From Amoeboaphelidium protococcarum X5 (lineage: Eukaryota; Fungi; Aphelidiomycota), in assembly GCA_023515725.1 (NCBI GenBank), contig JALDTO010000266.1, positions 1,341,580 to 1,405,579 of the forward strand: a stretch of DNA of 64,000 nucleotides, written 5' to 3'. Shown in pieces: positions 14,057 through 26,068 of the stretch. The first letter of the stretch is position 1; the number at the start of each line of letters is the position of its first letter. Under the pieces are notes generated by a model that was not told the DNA's origin, did not search any database, and saw only the letters and a program-made list of their open reading frames with translations. A program made the translations under genes and the position numbers.

Positions 14057-14556
14057 AGTTTTTGAAAAATCGACCAACCAGGAACATCTTAATATTTCCC
14101 ATGATAGTTTAAAGAAATACACGTTATGCTGCGACTCGCTATAAATTTGGCATCTGATATTCTATTTTATTATCAATAGTGGTTCCTACGAGAAGCAACA
14201 GCCAGATTCATTGTAAATCTTCTGGCTCCAACCAAATCAGTAGCAGCGTGGCTTTGTTGATCGCTCGCTGATAGTTCATCACCACTTGCTTTAGACATCG
14301 ACACAATTAGCAGTCGCCACAAATATTCTTCCACCAGTCTTCCCAATTAAAGTTCAATTTTTGATATTACTAATGCTCAAGCATGGTGATCTCGTTACCT
14401 TGAACTTCGTGTAGTCTCGAGTGTAGTGAATCTTTGGTTGCTGGCGACATTTTAACTCCTAAAATTAGTTTCAGATTTGCCCCTTAAAATCATGGGAGAA
14501 TTAGCGCATCCCACTTCCAATCGCTTTCGTAAAAATCTACAGGATACTGGATTTGT

Positions 14557-15375
14557 ATGATATTGATATTAGCATTATTGATTCTGGCATCCGTCGTGCA
14601 TTCTGGCTGCTTATTCGGCGACTGCTTCGGTCGTTTTGCATATTCTTAGCTACCGGCCTCCTACGATTTCCACTAAAATTTGAATCCCTTTGCGTCTTTG
14701 CTGGTCTATGCTGCAGACAAGAACAAGAAAGCCGTCAAGTATTTGCTTAAAAATCACGCTGAAGATATCAGAAGCCCAGATGCAGTGCAACTTGATGAGT
14801 TTATGAGCTACGTTTATGAGCATCACTGGCCTGATTTGTTATCTTACGTGCCTTTCCCGTTATCATGTCAAACTTTGGTGTCGGCCTTGAATAAGAAACA
14901 TCGTTATGAATTTCCAAAATATTTGGGAAACATTATTATGAATCCTGCTTTTAATTGTGATGAATCGGGTATGGACGCTCTGTTAGGTAATTGGAAGTTC
15001 GAATATTAGTTCACTGACATGATAGGGCATGATGTCTTGAAGCGTTTTATCCAGCTTTTGATCAGTAGAGGTGTTGTGATCAATTTGGCTCATTTTTATG
15101 AGATTTAAGAGGAAGCAATGAGAGGATCTTGGTATGATGAAATTGTGCCGATGTCCACGCCCATCTATTTGCATGTTTGCGATAACATTGGTGCTTATGT
15201 TAATCCGTCTAAAAAATGCATGGAATTTGCTAGGTTCTGCGAAATTTAGTTTCCAAGAATCTAGGCAGCAAAGCATAAGATACCTGTCGTGCGTTAGTTG
15301 CTACTGGAATTTGAGCGGGATCGCGCGTAAGAAACGAGTTCTCCATTTGAGATTGAGTTTGAGAAGGAGTATTGA
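14557..15375 (+). CDS. Hypothetical secreted protein (272 aa), no recognised family
   Basis: Open frame with TAR=Gln; signal-peptide-like MILILALLILASVVHS followed by GCLFGDCFG; ends TGA. Confidence 0.7.
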
Positions 15376-15819
15376 TTGACATTGGGTTTAAAATGGAGAA
15401 TTGACATAGGAATATATAGATTGTTTATTAATTTATTTGTTTTTTATTGCGGTTACCTATTTTTCACGGTATAACCACGGTGTTTCGGCTATCGTCAACG
15501 GAAATCAGCTCAATCGTTGATTTGGTCTCTTTTAACTGTAGCTGCGGTGGCTCTCATAGGGACTGAGACGCTAAAGGAACATGCAAAATTCGAAAATATT
15601 TTCGATGAATAGTACTGTAATCCGCTGGATAAAAGACTAATAGCCTGACACTACTCATGCATTTAAGCACGGGGTACATGAGTGCGGCAGGCTCAAGGGA
15701 GTGCAATGTAGAGAAATAATCACTGGCGAATTCAGTCTATTAAAAATACCAATTAATACACAGACACAAGCGCATACTGTAGACATAATCTAAAGTTTAT
15801 ACCATCCCCATAACAAGTT

Positions 15820-17957
15820 TCACATGGCAGAAAGTTGCTACTATTGTGGTTGTAAAGCAGACGACACCTGACCATCATCCTCCAGGTATCTGTATTCAAA
15901 AGTGAAATCTAACTTCTTCCGCTAACACCACGATCCCTCATAATCAAAGTAGATGTAACTGCCCTGTTCATATTCATCTGTAATAGCACGCGGCTCTTCA
16001 TGCCTCTAGAACCAGGTGAAATACTTCTTGTGAAATCGCCAAGATTACTTCTTCAACTCTTTAGCGGCTAGATACTACTGCGTACTTCCCTGCATGTGAT
16101 AGAATATGAAGAACAAGGTATCCAATTCCACCTTCTCATACAGCGTTGGTAAATCTTGAGGGAGAATACATTCCGATGGAAATGCACTAAGCACCTCTTC
16201 GTAATCTGCAGTGTTTACAGCCGGTATCGATATGGTCTACTCCAGAGATACACCAGAAAATGGATCATCGACTCCACAAGCTTCTTCCACCAACTCTGGG
16301 CATCTGTCAAGACTGTACTATAACTCCAGAAGAAGACTCTAATTCTTAAGCACCTCATCTCCACGTCCATAAGTTTTGAGCCAGGACATTTCCGTTGACT
16401 AGGCAAGATCTCTAAACTCAGCCGGGAACTATTATGAATGCAAAATCTTTGCTCTGGAATGAACATCTTGATTGTTTTACACCGTGGCAGATGGACTAGG
16501 AGACTACTAATATTAATCCAACTATCTCTCATCATTCCCTTTAGACGCTTCTAATTGCAAAGATTTACCCGGATATTATTACTACTATTATATTTACGTA
16601 GCAGTATCTTCCTGTTTTGACAGTGCAGATGCGACAATGTGAGAAAATGAAATAGGTGCAGGTGGAGCATTAGACTGCACTGATTAACTAGTCCTGACCT
16701 CCTCTTAATTTTGATTAGTCGACACAGATGATGTACCAGGTAAAGATGAACTTTTCTACGAATCAGCGCTAGTGGATGGTATGGCAGAAGCAGGCACAGA
16801 TTTCTTGTCGTTGGCAACATTGGAATATTTCTTAACTACAGACACAACAGCAGGTGGGGCTTTATTACCACTTGTTGCAGGTACAGTAGTTGGAGCAGTA
16901 TTGACCAACGATGAGGCGACTGTACCAGTTTGATTGGACAATGAAGTCTTGGCAGAACTTTTACCACTCTTTGTAGTACTAGTAGTCGCACTGGCATTCT
17001 TCTAAGCTTTCTACGTTGACGCTTTGCCAACCACACCAAAATCATCGTCCTTCTTCTTACCACCTGATTAAGCATTAGATGACTTGCTTTACTCCTCCGC
17101 CTGTGCCGACTGTTCATCATTATCCTAAGTTAAAGAATCGCGAGACTAATTCACAGACTGCGAAGATCCTCCACCGACATTATGTTCCTCCAACACACCA
17201 TATACTTCATCCTCCAGCAGATTCAAATGATCATAAATTTCGTCATCATCCATAAAATCGGGATCTTGATTAGATTCGACATAATAATCCACACTGTCCT
17301 TTACACCCTCAATATCTTCAAGCGAGAGATTCTCATTCTCGAATAGACGCAAAATAGTCTCCAACTTGCCAATATGAAATTTGTGAGCCTGAATGTGTCC
17401 GTCAACTTCTTTGAGCCTCTCACTGTCAGCCTTTGACATCTTCTTCCCCTTGCCAGCATAAATAGCCTCCTACTCAGCCTCAAAGGCATCAATCTGGGTG
17501 TTCAACTTATCAATAGAAGCCGTAATCCAATTAGACATATCCATCTTGGCAACCTCATGTGGATCCAATTTCTCTTTAGCCGAAAGACCTTCTTTAGAAT
17601 ACTACTTGGTTTTCATTTCCCTTTCAGTCACTTTGAACTTCTCCATCTGCACCTCTATAAGCTTCCTGTTCTCAAGCAAGGCCCTCTTATCCTTAATATC
17701 ACCCGAGGTGAGCCATGTCTTGACTTGATCTCTCAATCGTTGCAACTTCTTAATTTCCTTCTTCAACTCTCCTTCAAATTTCTCCTTCTATGAAGATGAG
17801 GTGGCAGCATGGAGCTTCTCCATCGTATCCTCAAATAGCTCCACACCTTCACTAATCTTTTTGAACACTCGATCAATCTCAACTACACAGCATACACATT
17901 AGAATCATATTCATTGGAAGGCAGTGGTTATTTACCTTGTAATTTCCTATTCGCCAT
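15820..17957 (-). CDS. NOT3: CCR4-NOT subunit Not3/Not5 (intron 17883-17935)
   Basis: MANRKLQ|[45 protein letters not shown]; NOT box [34 protein letters not shown]. Confidence 0.95.
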
Positions 17958-18602
17958 ATAGATAAGAGTGTCTATATAAATACAGTTGATAAATATCGCG
18001 TATTTTATTAAAAAGAGGAGCACTTGGGCAAGAAATGAATGGGAAGGAAAGAACGAAAAGCTCAGAGAACGAGAGAAAGAGCGAACGAGAGATTTGCGAA
18101 AGCAAAGAGGGACCAGGGAGATCGACATTCAAAAACATTCGGGTGGTGATATTCTTGAAATACGGATCTTGGAAAAAGAACATCAATACACGTAGCTTAA
18201 AGTGAAATCTTACTTTAGAGACATTTCATAAAAGTTCACAAGCAGCGGTAAATAGAGATAGTTACAAGACTAGAGAGATCAATAAAATGGCTAAAAAATG
18301 CTACCGCCGCCTGATTTTTCGCTACATGATAAGGCCACCAGATATAATCAAAAAGAGCGCCCGTAAAATCTTTCTACTGTACGGTATCTGAGGAGCATTT
18401 CTTCCGTTTCACCCAGTGCCCAATAAAGAAGAGAACATCTCCCGTCAGAAACTGAAACGGTTATTCGTCTAAATTCAGTCGCCCGCTTTAAAACGGTAAG
18501 ACTTTGCTTTAAAATTGTTTTTGATTGTCAGTTTTGTCCTTTTCTCTTGTAGTCACTAGTAATTACATGTCAAATTAAATTCATAACGCTAGTAATAATA
18601 GT

Positions 18603-19345
18603 ATGGCTGATAATAATCCAAAAGTTGAGGACGAGTTGGCTCCTACTCAGACTGAGGGCTACAAGGCTCCTGCCAAGAAGACTGTCGAGGAGTTGAAGAA
18701 CTTGGACCAGAATGATGAGTCTCTAAACAAGTGGAAGGAGTCTCTATTGAAGAATGCTCAAACTGGTATGTTTATCTCTTGATTATTTTACTATTTAACC
18801 TCGGCTGTTGATTCTTATCATTGATTCAAGTATGTAGCAAAGACGGATGATCCAAGAAGAGTTGTTGTCCAGGCATTGGCTATGGAGACTGAGGGAAGAC
18901 CTGATGTTGTCCTGGATTTGTCCACTCCAGGTAAGACATTTCAATTTTGTAATGATTACTCATGTATGTACTTTTATAACATATGAATGTAGATGCTATC
19001 GAAAAGAGCAAGAGCCAGCCTATTATCATCAAGGAGGGAATTGAGTACCGTATTAAGGTCAAGTTTCGAGTGCAGAATGATGTCATCTCCGGCCTCAAGT
19101 ATCTGCATGTGGTGAAGAGAAAAGGTATTCGTGTGGATAAGGCTGAGGAGATGATTGGCTCATATGCACCTAATCCACAGCCGTATGAGAAGAAGTTTTA
19201 GACTGAGCAAGCACCTTCTGGTATGCTGGCTAGAGGTACTTACAATGTCAAGAGCAAGTTTATCGATGACGATGGCAATGTGCATCTGGAATGGGACTGG
19301 ATCTTTTAGATTAAGAAGGATTGGAACGCTCAAGGTGATGATTGA
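18603..19345 (+). CDS. RDI1: Rho GDP-dissociation inhibitor (introns 18766-18837, 18931-18992)
   Basis: [58 protein letters not shown]. Confidence 0.96.
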
Positions 19346-19574
19346 TTGATTGACTTTGTGTCTATCACTTTATAATTGGGTGGAGTATATTGTGATTTGG
19401 GTATATGATATGAATGAACGTTCTTTAAAGAGACTTCGGTTTTTTTGTGGAAATAATAGTAAACGATAATATGGAAATTTCAATGACACTAGACCTTAAA
19501 ATCGATAATTCTAATCAAATCTGATAATTATCATTAAATCATGGTATCCGTCTTTATTTCAAGTAGTCTCAAAA

Positions 19575-20150
19575 TCACTCAACTTCAACAGTGGCACCAA
19601 CAGCCTCCAAGGCGGCCTTGATCTTATCGCAATCTTCTTTGCTAATATTTTCACGAACAACTTTAGGTGCGGACTCGACAAACTTCTTGGCCTCCACCAG
19701 ATTGATATTTGGAATCAAATTCTTAATCTCTCTGATGACTTTGGCCTTTTGCGCAGCATCAATCTTGACCAATTTCAGCGAGAATTTCGTCTTCTTTGGA
19801 GCTTCTGGCTAGGCAGTCTTCTAATCAGCATCACCGCCTGAGGCTGCAGCACCGGCTGTCTACTGCACACTCGCCGATCCAGCCGCAGGGACAGCCATCA
19901 TTGCATCAGTGATTCCCAATTATGATTTGAGCACTGCGACCAACTGACTAGTCTCCAGGAGTGAAAGACGCGTAATCTATGATGCAATATCCTGGACGCG
20001 TTCCGATGGAGGACTCTCAAGTGATGCCGGCTTCAGAGCGTCTTCCGCCACGGGTACTTTCTGTGCTGAAGCAGAAGCCTGGGATGCAAATCTAACGCCT
20101 ACTCTTACTCTTGTCACTAACTAGCGCGTTCGTGTTAAATTCCGGATCAT
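19575..20150 (-). CDS. MRPL12: Mitochondrial ribosomal protein bL12m (L7/L12)
   Basis: Presequence, LSLLETSQLV..LG, KAKVIREIK..NLVEAKKFVESAP..LEAVGATVEVE. Confidence 0.93.
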
Positions 20151-20483
20151 TTTGTGATACTGTTGTGGTTCGTTTAAAATCTTGTCTTTTTTTTACCAAA
20201 TCAAAGGGAAAGATACGTAGTTTTACTGGCGCGCATTTTAGATGATTTCCGCTGAGACACATCTACGCGTTTTTGCTCAGATTTGTGATATTGAATTGCA
20301 CTCAGAATACTGTAGCATCACCAATTAGCAGGAGAATTGAAGATACAATGCTACACCGTTACATGAGCATATTTAATAAGTCCTCGTGAATTGTTGATTA
20401 ACTGTGATATTCGACGTATTCAAAGAATCATAGATAGAATTCTCGCTTTGATTTCTACTTTGTTAGAAGAATTTAGATATACT

Positions 20484-21345
20484 ATGGTAAAAGAAATCAA
20501 CTGTTTTTACCAATAATCTTTTCGGTTTCGCTGATGGCGGTTCATGCTGGCTTCATGAGAAAAATGATGTGCTTGGGCGACTCATGTGTCTAGGTTGATT
20601 CATACCGGGAGTAAGTCTCTGTGGAAGGCGGCGAGTCTAGAGTGATAAGTGAGATCATGGGACGCCTTGATATACTTTGGTGGAAGCCATCGATAGTAAC
20701 AATTTTATCTATATTTATTAAAGACCGTGAGTCAGGCGAGCTGCCAGTCTGTTGAACGAGATTCTGAAATCCGCTGTTATCGCATTACTTAAATCTAGCC
20801 GTAATCTTGGGAAGCACTTTGGTTCAAAATCTATCCATAAGCTGGGAGTTTACTTTGCTTTTGACTTGGTCAATTCTGTGCATTCCTTAAGGCGCGCCGT
20901 TAAATAGATCAATCGTAGAAATGGAGAAGACTTCAGGCGTAGCGTCAAAATGATGATGAAGATTTTGAAATGTGGTTGGAAAGACTAATAAGAGATGATC
21001 AATATATTACTACTAAGTGGTGTAAATGTCTAAAGTAAAGTGGTGATCGTCAGATCAGCGAGCGGATCAACCTAAGCTAGGAAGCACCGAAGTGGTGCAG
21101 GGATCAATATCGCTAACAGAAGAATCGGCCAACACGTGGGGCGAATGGCTATGAGTTATAGTGATTTTTGCGCAGATTTTATTGTGCTTTTAACATTGGA
21201 GAATGTCAATGATGCATACACGCGACTTAAAGAAGTATTAAAGTTGAGATTTGAGTTGATAAAGATCTATGCAGACTAATTTCAAGTACAGCCATTGTAT
21301 CCGCCGATTTACGTGCCGCCTGGTTTGGAGTTAGAATCTAGTTGA
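20484..21345 (+). pseudogene. Frameshifted or mis-assembled secreted-protein ORF
   Basis: ATG 20484 is one base out of frame with a signal-peptide-like RNQLFLPIIFSVSLMAVHAG. That frame stops at 20753-20755, while another frame is open 20731-21345 (about 200 codons). Confidence 0.35.
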
Positions 21346-22031
21346 ATAGATTGAGTGATCAAGCTGTGACATCGGTATTGACAGAGTCAAACTAATATTT
21401 AATAGAATATTCTTTATACGAGCAAAAAGCTTGGTCGTTTTACTTCTTTTAGTTTATGGAACAACATCATATTAAAATGCTCTCACGCAACAACAATGTA
21501 TCAAAGTGTTTGAAAAGTAACTCCGGCAACTTCATATTAAAATTTTGATGTGGCTGGAAATACGGTAGCTATTGGAGAATGTAACGTCATACATGATCCG
21601 ACTGCACAGTAATTGTTTTTGATTGTTCAAATCCTTACGACGGCAATGCTGCACGAGATTACAACAATGTTTATGGTGATTACGGTCTATCTCCAAGATT
21701 TTGTATATATATGGTGCATTCTACTATCTTCCTCCGACAGTCGTCATAAGACCTCGTACAACTTTAAATTCTGGTGTGCTGGTGTAACGTGCCTGCCCAT
21801 TTTTATTGGCTACCACTTATATTAAGTGTAACAGAAGCCTTCAAAATTCTGGAATCACGCGACTTTGGTAGCACTTTAACTTTGCGCTGATTAGCCGATG
21901 GGGGATTGGTACACATTTCGATCAAGATCGTGTTTAACGTCTTAGGATGGATGGTGTCTGCCTACTTCTTCTTTTCTCATCATAAATATCTCTGGTTATA
22001 AAAATTAATCTAATCTAACTCGAAAATCAAA

Positions 22032-23312
22032 ATGAAATACTTATCTGTCGTCTCTGCCCTCGTTACTCTCGCTGCCTTTGCAAATGCGGAAGACTGCACG
22101 CTGATCCCTAAGAAGACCGACTCTCATCCGCCGCGTAAAATCCACATGGATTACAGTAGCGCAAACACTTATACCGGCTGCTTTTCTATGGGTGAGAAGA
22201 AGTATGAGAAGGCTGAGTTTGATCACATTCAGTTCAAGATGGAGTTTTACTACGATTTTGGCTGTGCTGGTGAGAAGCATGTCGTCGAGAAGCCTGGTGT
22301 CATTGGTGATAAGTACTTGCATCGCTCGTGTCGTGTTGTGCCTTTGAATGCGACTAGTGTTCCATGTCCAATCGCTCCTGCTCCGGTACATGCTGCCCCA
22401 GCTCCTCATGTACCTGCTCCTACACATCCAGCTCCGGCTCCTAATGTATCAACTCCAGCTCCTTACGTACCCCAGCCACCTGCTGGCAACTATACTCCTG
22501 CACCGGTCTAGCACCCTGTCGCTCCTGCTCCTCCTACCTCGGACTGTTGGTTTGAGAAGCCTTCTGCACCTGCTGTGCCTGCTTCTAAGCAGTGGTCCGC
22601 CGTGTTGTTTGAAGAGGCTGATTACAAGGGAATCAAGCACTGGGTTGATGGTACCTTTGACGAATGTCGTGGCCTCAGTGGAGTGCATGTTAGCAGTGTA
22701 AAGAATGTTGCCTTCCCTGGTGCTGATCCAATTGCTAACCCATCTACTCAGACTGACGCGTTCACTCTCGCCTTCTACTCTGATTACGGATGTAAGGGAG
22801 AGATGGTTGGTGCTGTCACTGGTGATCAGCCTGAGCTATGTACCGTGATGGACAAGTGTTCAGAAGACTCTGGATACTCTCATGGAGATAAGGGTGGTGT
22901 TTATGGTGATAAGGATGTCAAGAATGGATCTTATGGTGGCAGCAATGTTAGCCATCCTATCAACTCCACTGCTACATCAAAGGCTCCTGTTCACCCTACT
23001 TAGGCTCCAGTCAACAATGGATCGTATTTGGTAAAGCGCGGTTTGTATGACATGAGCAACTCCACCAATACTACCACCAATGGTACCTCTGGTTCTAATG
23101 GCACCACTGTTGGCGATGGATCCACAAAGGCTCCTAGTAAGTGTATGAAGCCATTGTCTGTAAAGTTTGTCCGCACCGGTGTGGCCTCCAAGTCTTATGG
23201 TGGTCAGCTTGAGTTGAAGGCAACCGATGGCGGCGCTACTGGAGATAACAAGTACGCAATGGGTGCTTTGGGTGCTGTAGGTCTTACGGGTTTGATGCAG
23301 ATGCTGGTATGA
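22032..23312 (+). CDS. Secreted, probably GPI-anchored surface protein with beta/gamma-crystallin-like motifs and Pro-rich linker (426 aa)
   Basis: Signal peptide MKYLSVVSALVTLAAFANA; VLFEEADYKG..VSSV, FYYDFGCAG, FYSDYGCKG; PAP repeats; S/T/G-rich stalk; hydrophobic C-terminus. Three track ORFs join through TAG at 22509 and 23001. Confidence 0.8.
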
Positions 23313-23455
23313 GCACCATCTTATTGAAATCTTATGAAACTAATGATGTTGTAATACGGTTAATTAATATTAATGGCGTTTATTTTTTCAGCTTTTATTG
23401 TCAATTCCAGCGCGTTTCCGGATTGGATGAAGCGCTTGCTTATCTTCACCTAGTG

Positions 23456-24306
23456 ATGCGATCGTAAGCCTCTTTCAAAAGTAACACACATTTTACAATT
23501 ACTGTGCCAATGGAAGATACGCTTACATTGTAACTATATCAGATGACACCGTAATAAACTTTAAAGAACTTTTGCTGAAAGCTTAGTCTGATGTGGAGTT
23601 ATTGATGGCTTTAAGAGAATATTTGATTAAGCAGCTTAAGAATATATAGCTTAGTAACAGTCAGAAAAAATCTAAAGTGGTACTATTCAGCATTGCTTAG
23701 GACTGTGACATAGTTGATATAACTGGCTTTAATACGGCAGAGCGAAAGCTTACTATATCCTCGTGTTTGAATGATGAGATCCATCCCTCAGACGAATTCT
23801 TTGCAATGCTGGACAGAAATTGCCGCGTTTTCGTGAAGAACTCTGAAGCCGCGCGCCGTTCAGTGATCGATCTGTTTCTGACTGACATTGTTTCGCGCCC
23901 AGAGTTCTAAGGGCTTCATGTGTTTTGCGAGTAGAAGGTAGCGACTCGAAATTATGATGTGAACATGTCTCTACAGGGATACGTCGATTATGTGATTGGA
24001 CATAATGGAGGTTGTCCCATTAGGAGCCTGATATCGTTACCTCAGGATTCTCACCTTGTAGTTCATGAGGCTAAAAAGGAGTTTCCTTAGGAATCTGTGC
24101 AGTAGTGCGTGGCAGAAGCGGCTGCCATCTACAAGGATAGAAAAGACGCAAATAAAGTTAATCCCCGTGTTTGGGGAATAGGTTCTAATGCTACTTTATG
24201 GAAGTTTATTCACATTGGCAATGATGGTTAATTATATATATCTGACATATTCGTTCTGAATTATACAGAGTGTGGCCTTAACAAAGATGTGATGGTCTGT
24301 GAGTGA
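23456..24306 (+). CDS. PD-(D/E)XK restriction-endonuclease-fold protein (HsdR-N/Crinkler REase-like); start uncertain
   Basis: Frame 1 open 23431-24306: SEAARRSVIDLFL, GYVDYVIG, LVVHEAKK, QCVAE, VWGIGSNATLWKFI. The start needs an intron (ATG 23456), a frameshift (ATG 23510) or the internal ATG 23605. Confidence 0.65.
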
Positions 24307-24911
24307 GAAAGTATTTGCACATTCAAAGACGTATGGATTAAAATATTGAGATACGGTAAATTGCTAAATAGCACATTCGGTAATAAAATTAATAAAAGTC
24401 ATTTGCGATGTTTTGGGGTTTTTACTTTTTAGTCAACAGTATCCTTAAGTATAACCAGATTTTACAATGCCACACTTCATGGTGACTGGTTATACTCCAC
24501 TCAGCTGCATGAAATCCGCCACCACAGCGCGCTCTGTACTGGCACAAGTTCCCCAGCCAGGATTGGATGATCCCACACCTCAAACTCGACATTGCATTAA
24601 CGATTAGGCCAGTGATTACCCAAGCATGATTGACTATGAAATTACTAATCTCGCAATAATCACTCTATAAAGCATCAAATGCCTAAATTTCACAGGTAGC
24701 CCGGATCAAGCTATTCCACGTACTGTTATTAACCACGCGATGTCCCGACCCGTTTCAACTTTCTCTCGATCAATCGTTTCTTCTTGGTTGATAATCTCTT
24801 GTTCAAATAACAACGACAACAGTAACTACAGTGATATTTACTAGCACTTTGGTATTATCATTTTAATTGTCAATTAATAGCTGTACATTACTAAGTAAAT
24901 ACTATAATAAT

Positions 24912-25982
24912 ATGAGCGCTACTGACTTGAGCAATTATCCACCTTAGATTAAGAAGGCAAATGGAAATGGTAGTGACAGCTCTGACGATGAGGTTGATTC
25001 TGCTTCACCTATCCCGCAATTTGCATCCAACGCATACCGAGGTGGTCGTAGAGTGTCGGTCAGTGCAGAGTCTATGGCTCCATCTAGTGCTCTCAATGGC
25101 CGAAATGTGCCTGCAGAGAAGGTGGTCATCCCGAAGAGTGATGATCAGAAGTAGCGTATCAAGGCTGCTGTGATGAACAACTTTCTGTTTAGAAATCTGG
25201 ATGAGGAGCAGTATAAAGATGTTGTGGATGCCATGGCTGAGAAGAGATTCAACAGTGGCGATGAAGTTATAAAGCAGGGCGATGTAGGAGATTACTTTTA
25301 CATTGTGGAGACTGGTACATTGGATGTGTACGTACAGCGCCCATCTCTGAACAACAATTAGCCTACTAAAGTGACCGACTATTCAGCTGGTGGCTCTTTC
25401 GGTGAACTGGCTCTGATGTATAATGCCAATAGAGCGGCCACAGTGAAAGCCTCTAGTGATTGCGTTCTGTGGGCTCTAGACAGAGTGACGTTTAGAAGAA
25501 TCCTGATGGACTCCACTAGCAAGAAGCGCCGTATGTACGAACAGTTTCTTGAGGAAGTCTAGTTGTTGAAAGGACTGGAATCTTATGAGAGATTCAAGAT
25601 TGCTGATGCTCTAGAAAGTGTCACTTTTGAAGATGAGCAGGTGGTTATGAAGCAAGGAGATGCCGGTGATAATTTCTACATTATTGAGAGTGGCGAGGCT
25701 GTCGTGCTATAGAAGAATGATCAAGGAGTAGAGAACCAGGTTAAGCATTTGAAGAAGGGTGACTACTTTGGTGAGTTGGCTCTGTTGTTCAACAAGCCGC
25801 GGGCAGCCACTGTAAAGGCTGTGAATGGACGTTTGAAGTGTGCCACTCTCGACAGGAAAGCCTTTGACCGTCTGCTGGGTAGTGTCATCGATATTATCAA
25901 GAGAAATGTTAGCGTTTATCGCGTGGAGGGTTAGCGTAAAGATATTCTTGATCTTATCGCTGAGATTGAGAATGGAAATTGA
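24912..25982 (+). CDS. cAMP-dependent protein kinase regulatory subunit (PKA-R)
   Basis: Inhibitory site RRVSVSAES; two cNMP-binding domains with [15 protein letters not shown] and [15 protein letters not shown]. Confidence 0.96.
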
Positions 25983-26068
25983 GAGTTGGTTATATTGCGC
26001 ACATGGATTATCATATAATATGTTTGTGAGTATATAGTTTAAATTTTTTAAGATGCACATACTTGAAA

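Noticed and set aside
14208-14450. 80-codon minus-strand ORF (MSPATKDSL...)
   Set aside because: No recognisable motif, and ORFs of this size arise easily when TGA is the only stop. Needs RNA evidence.
21400-21900. Open frames in the gap before the GPI-type protein
   Set aside because: No clear start, homology or codon signal. Left unannotated.
24590-24620. Short motifs TAATCACTGGC and TGCAATGT.GAG shared with 15703-15727
   Set aside because: Only two occurrences, in different order and orientation. Could be chance.
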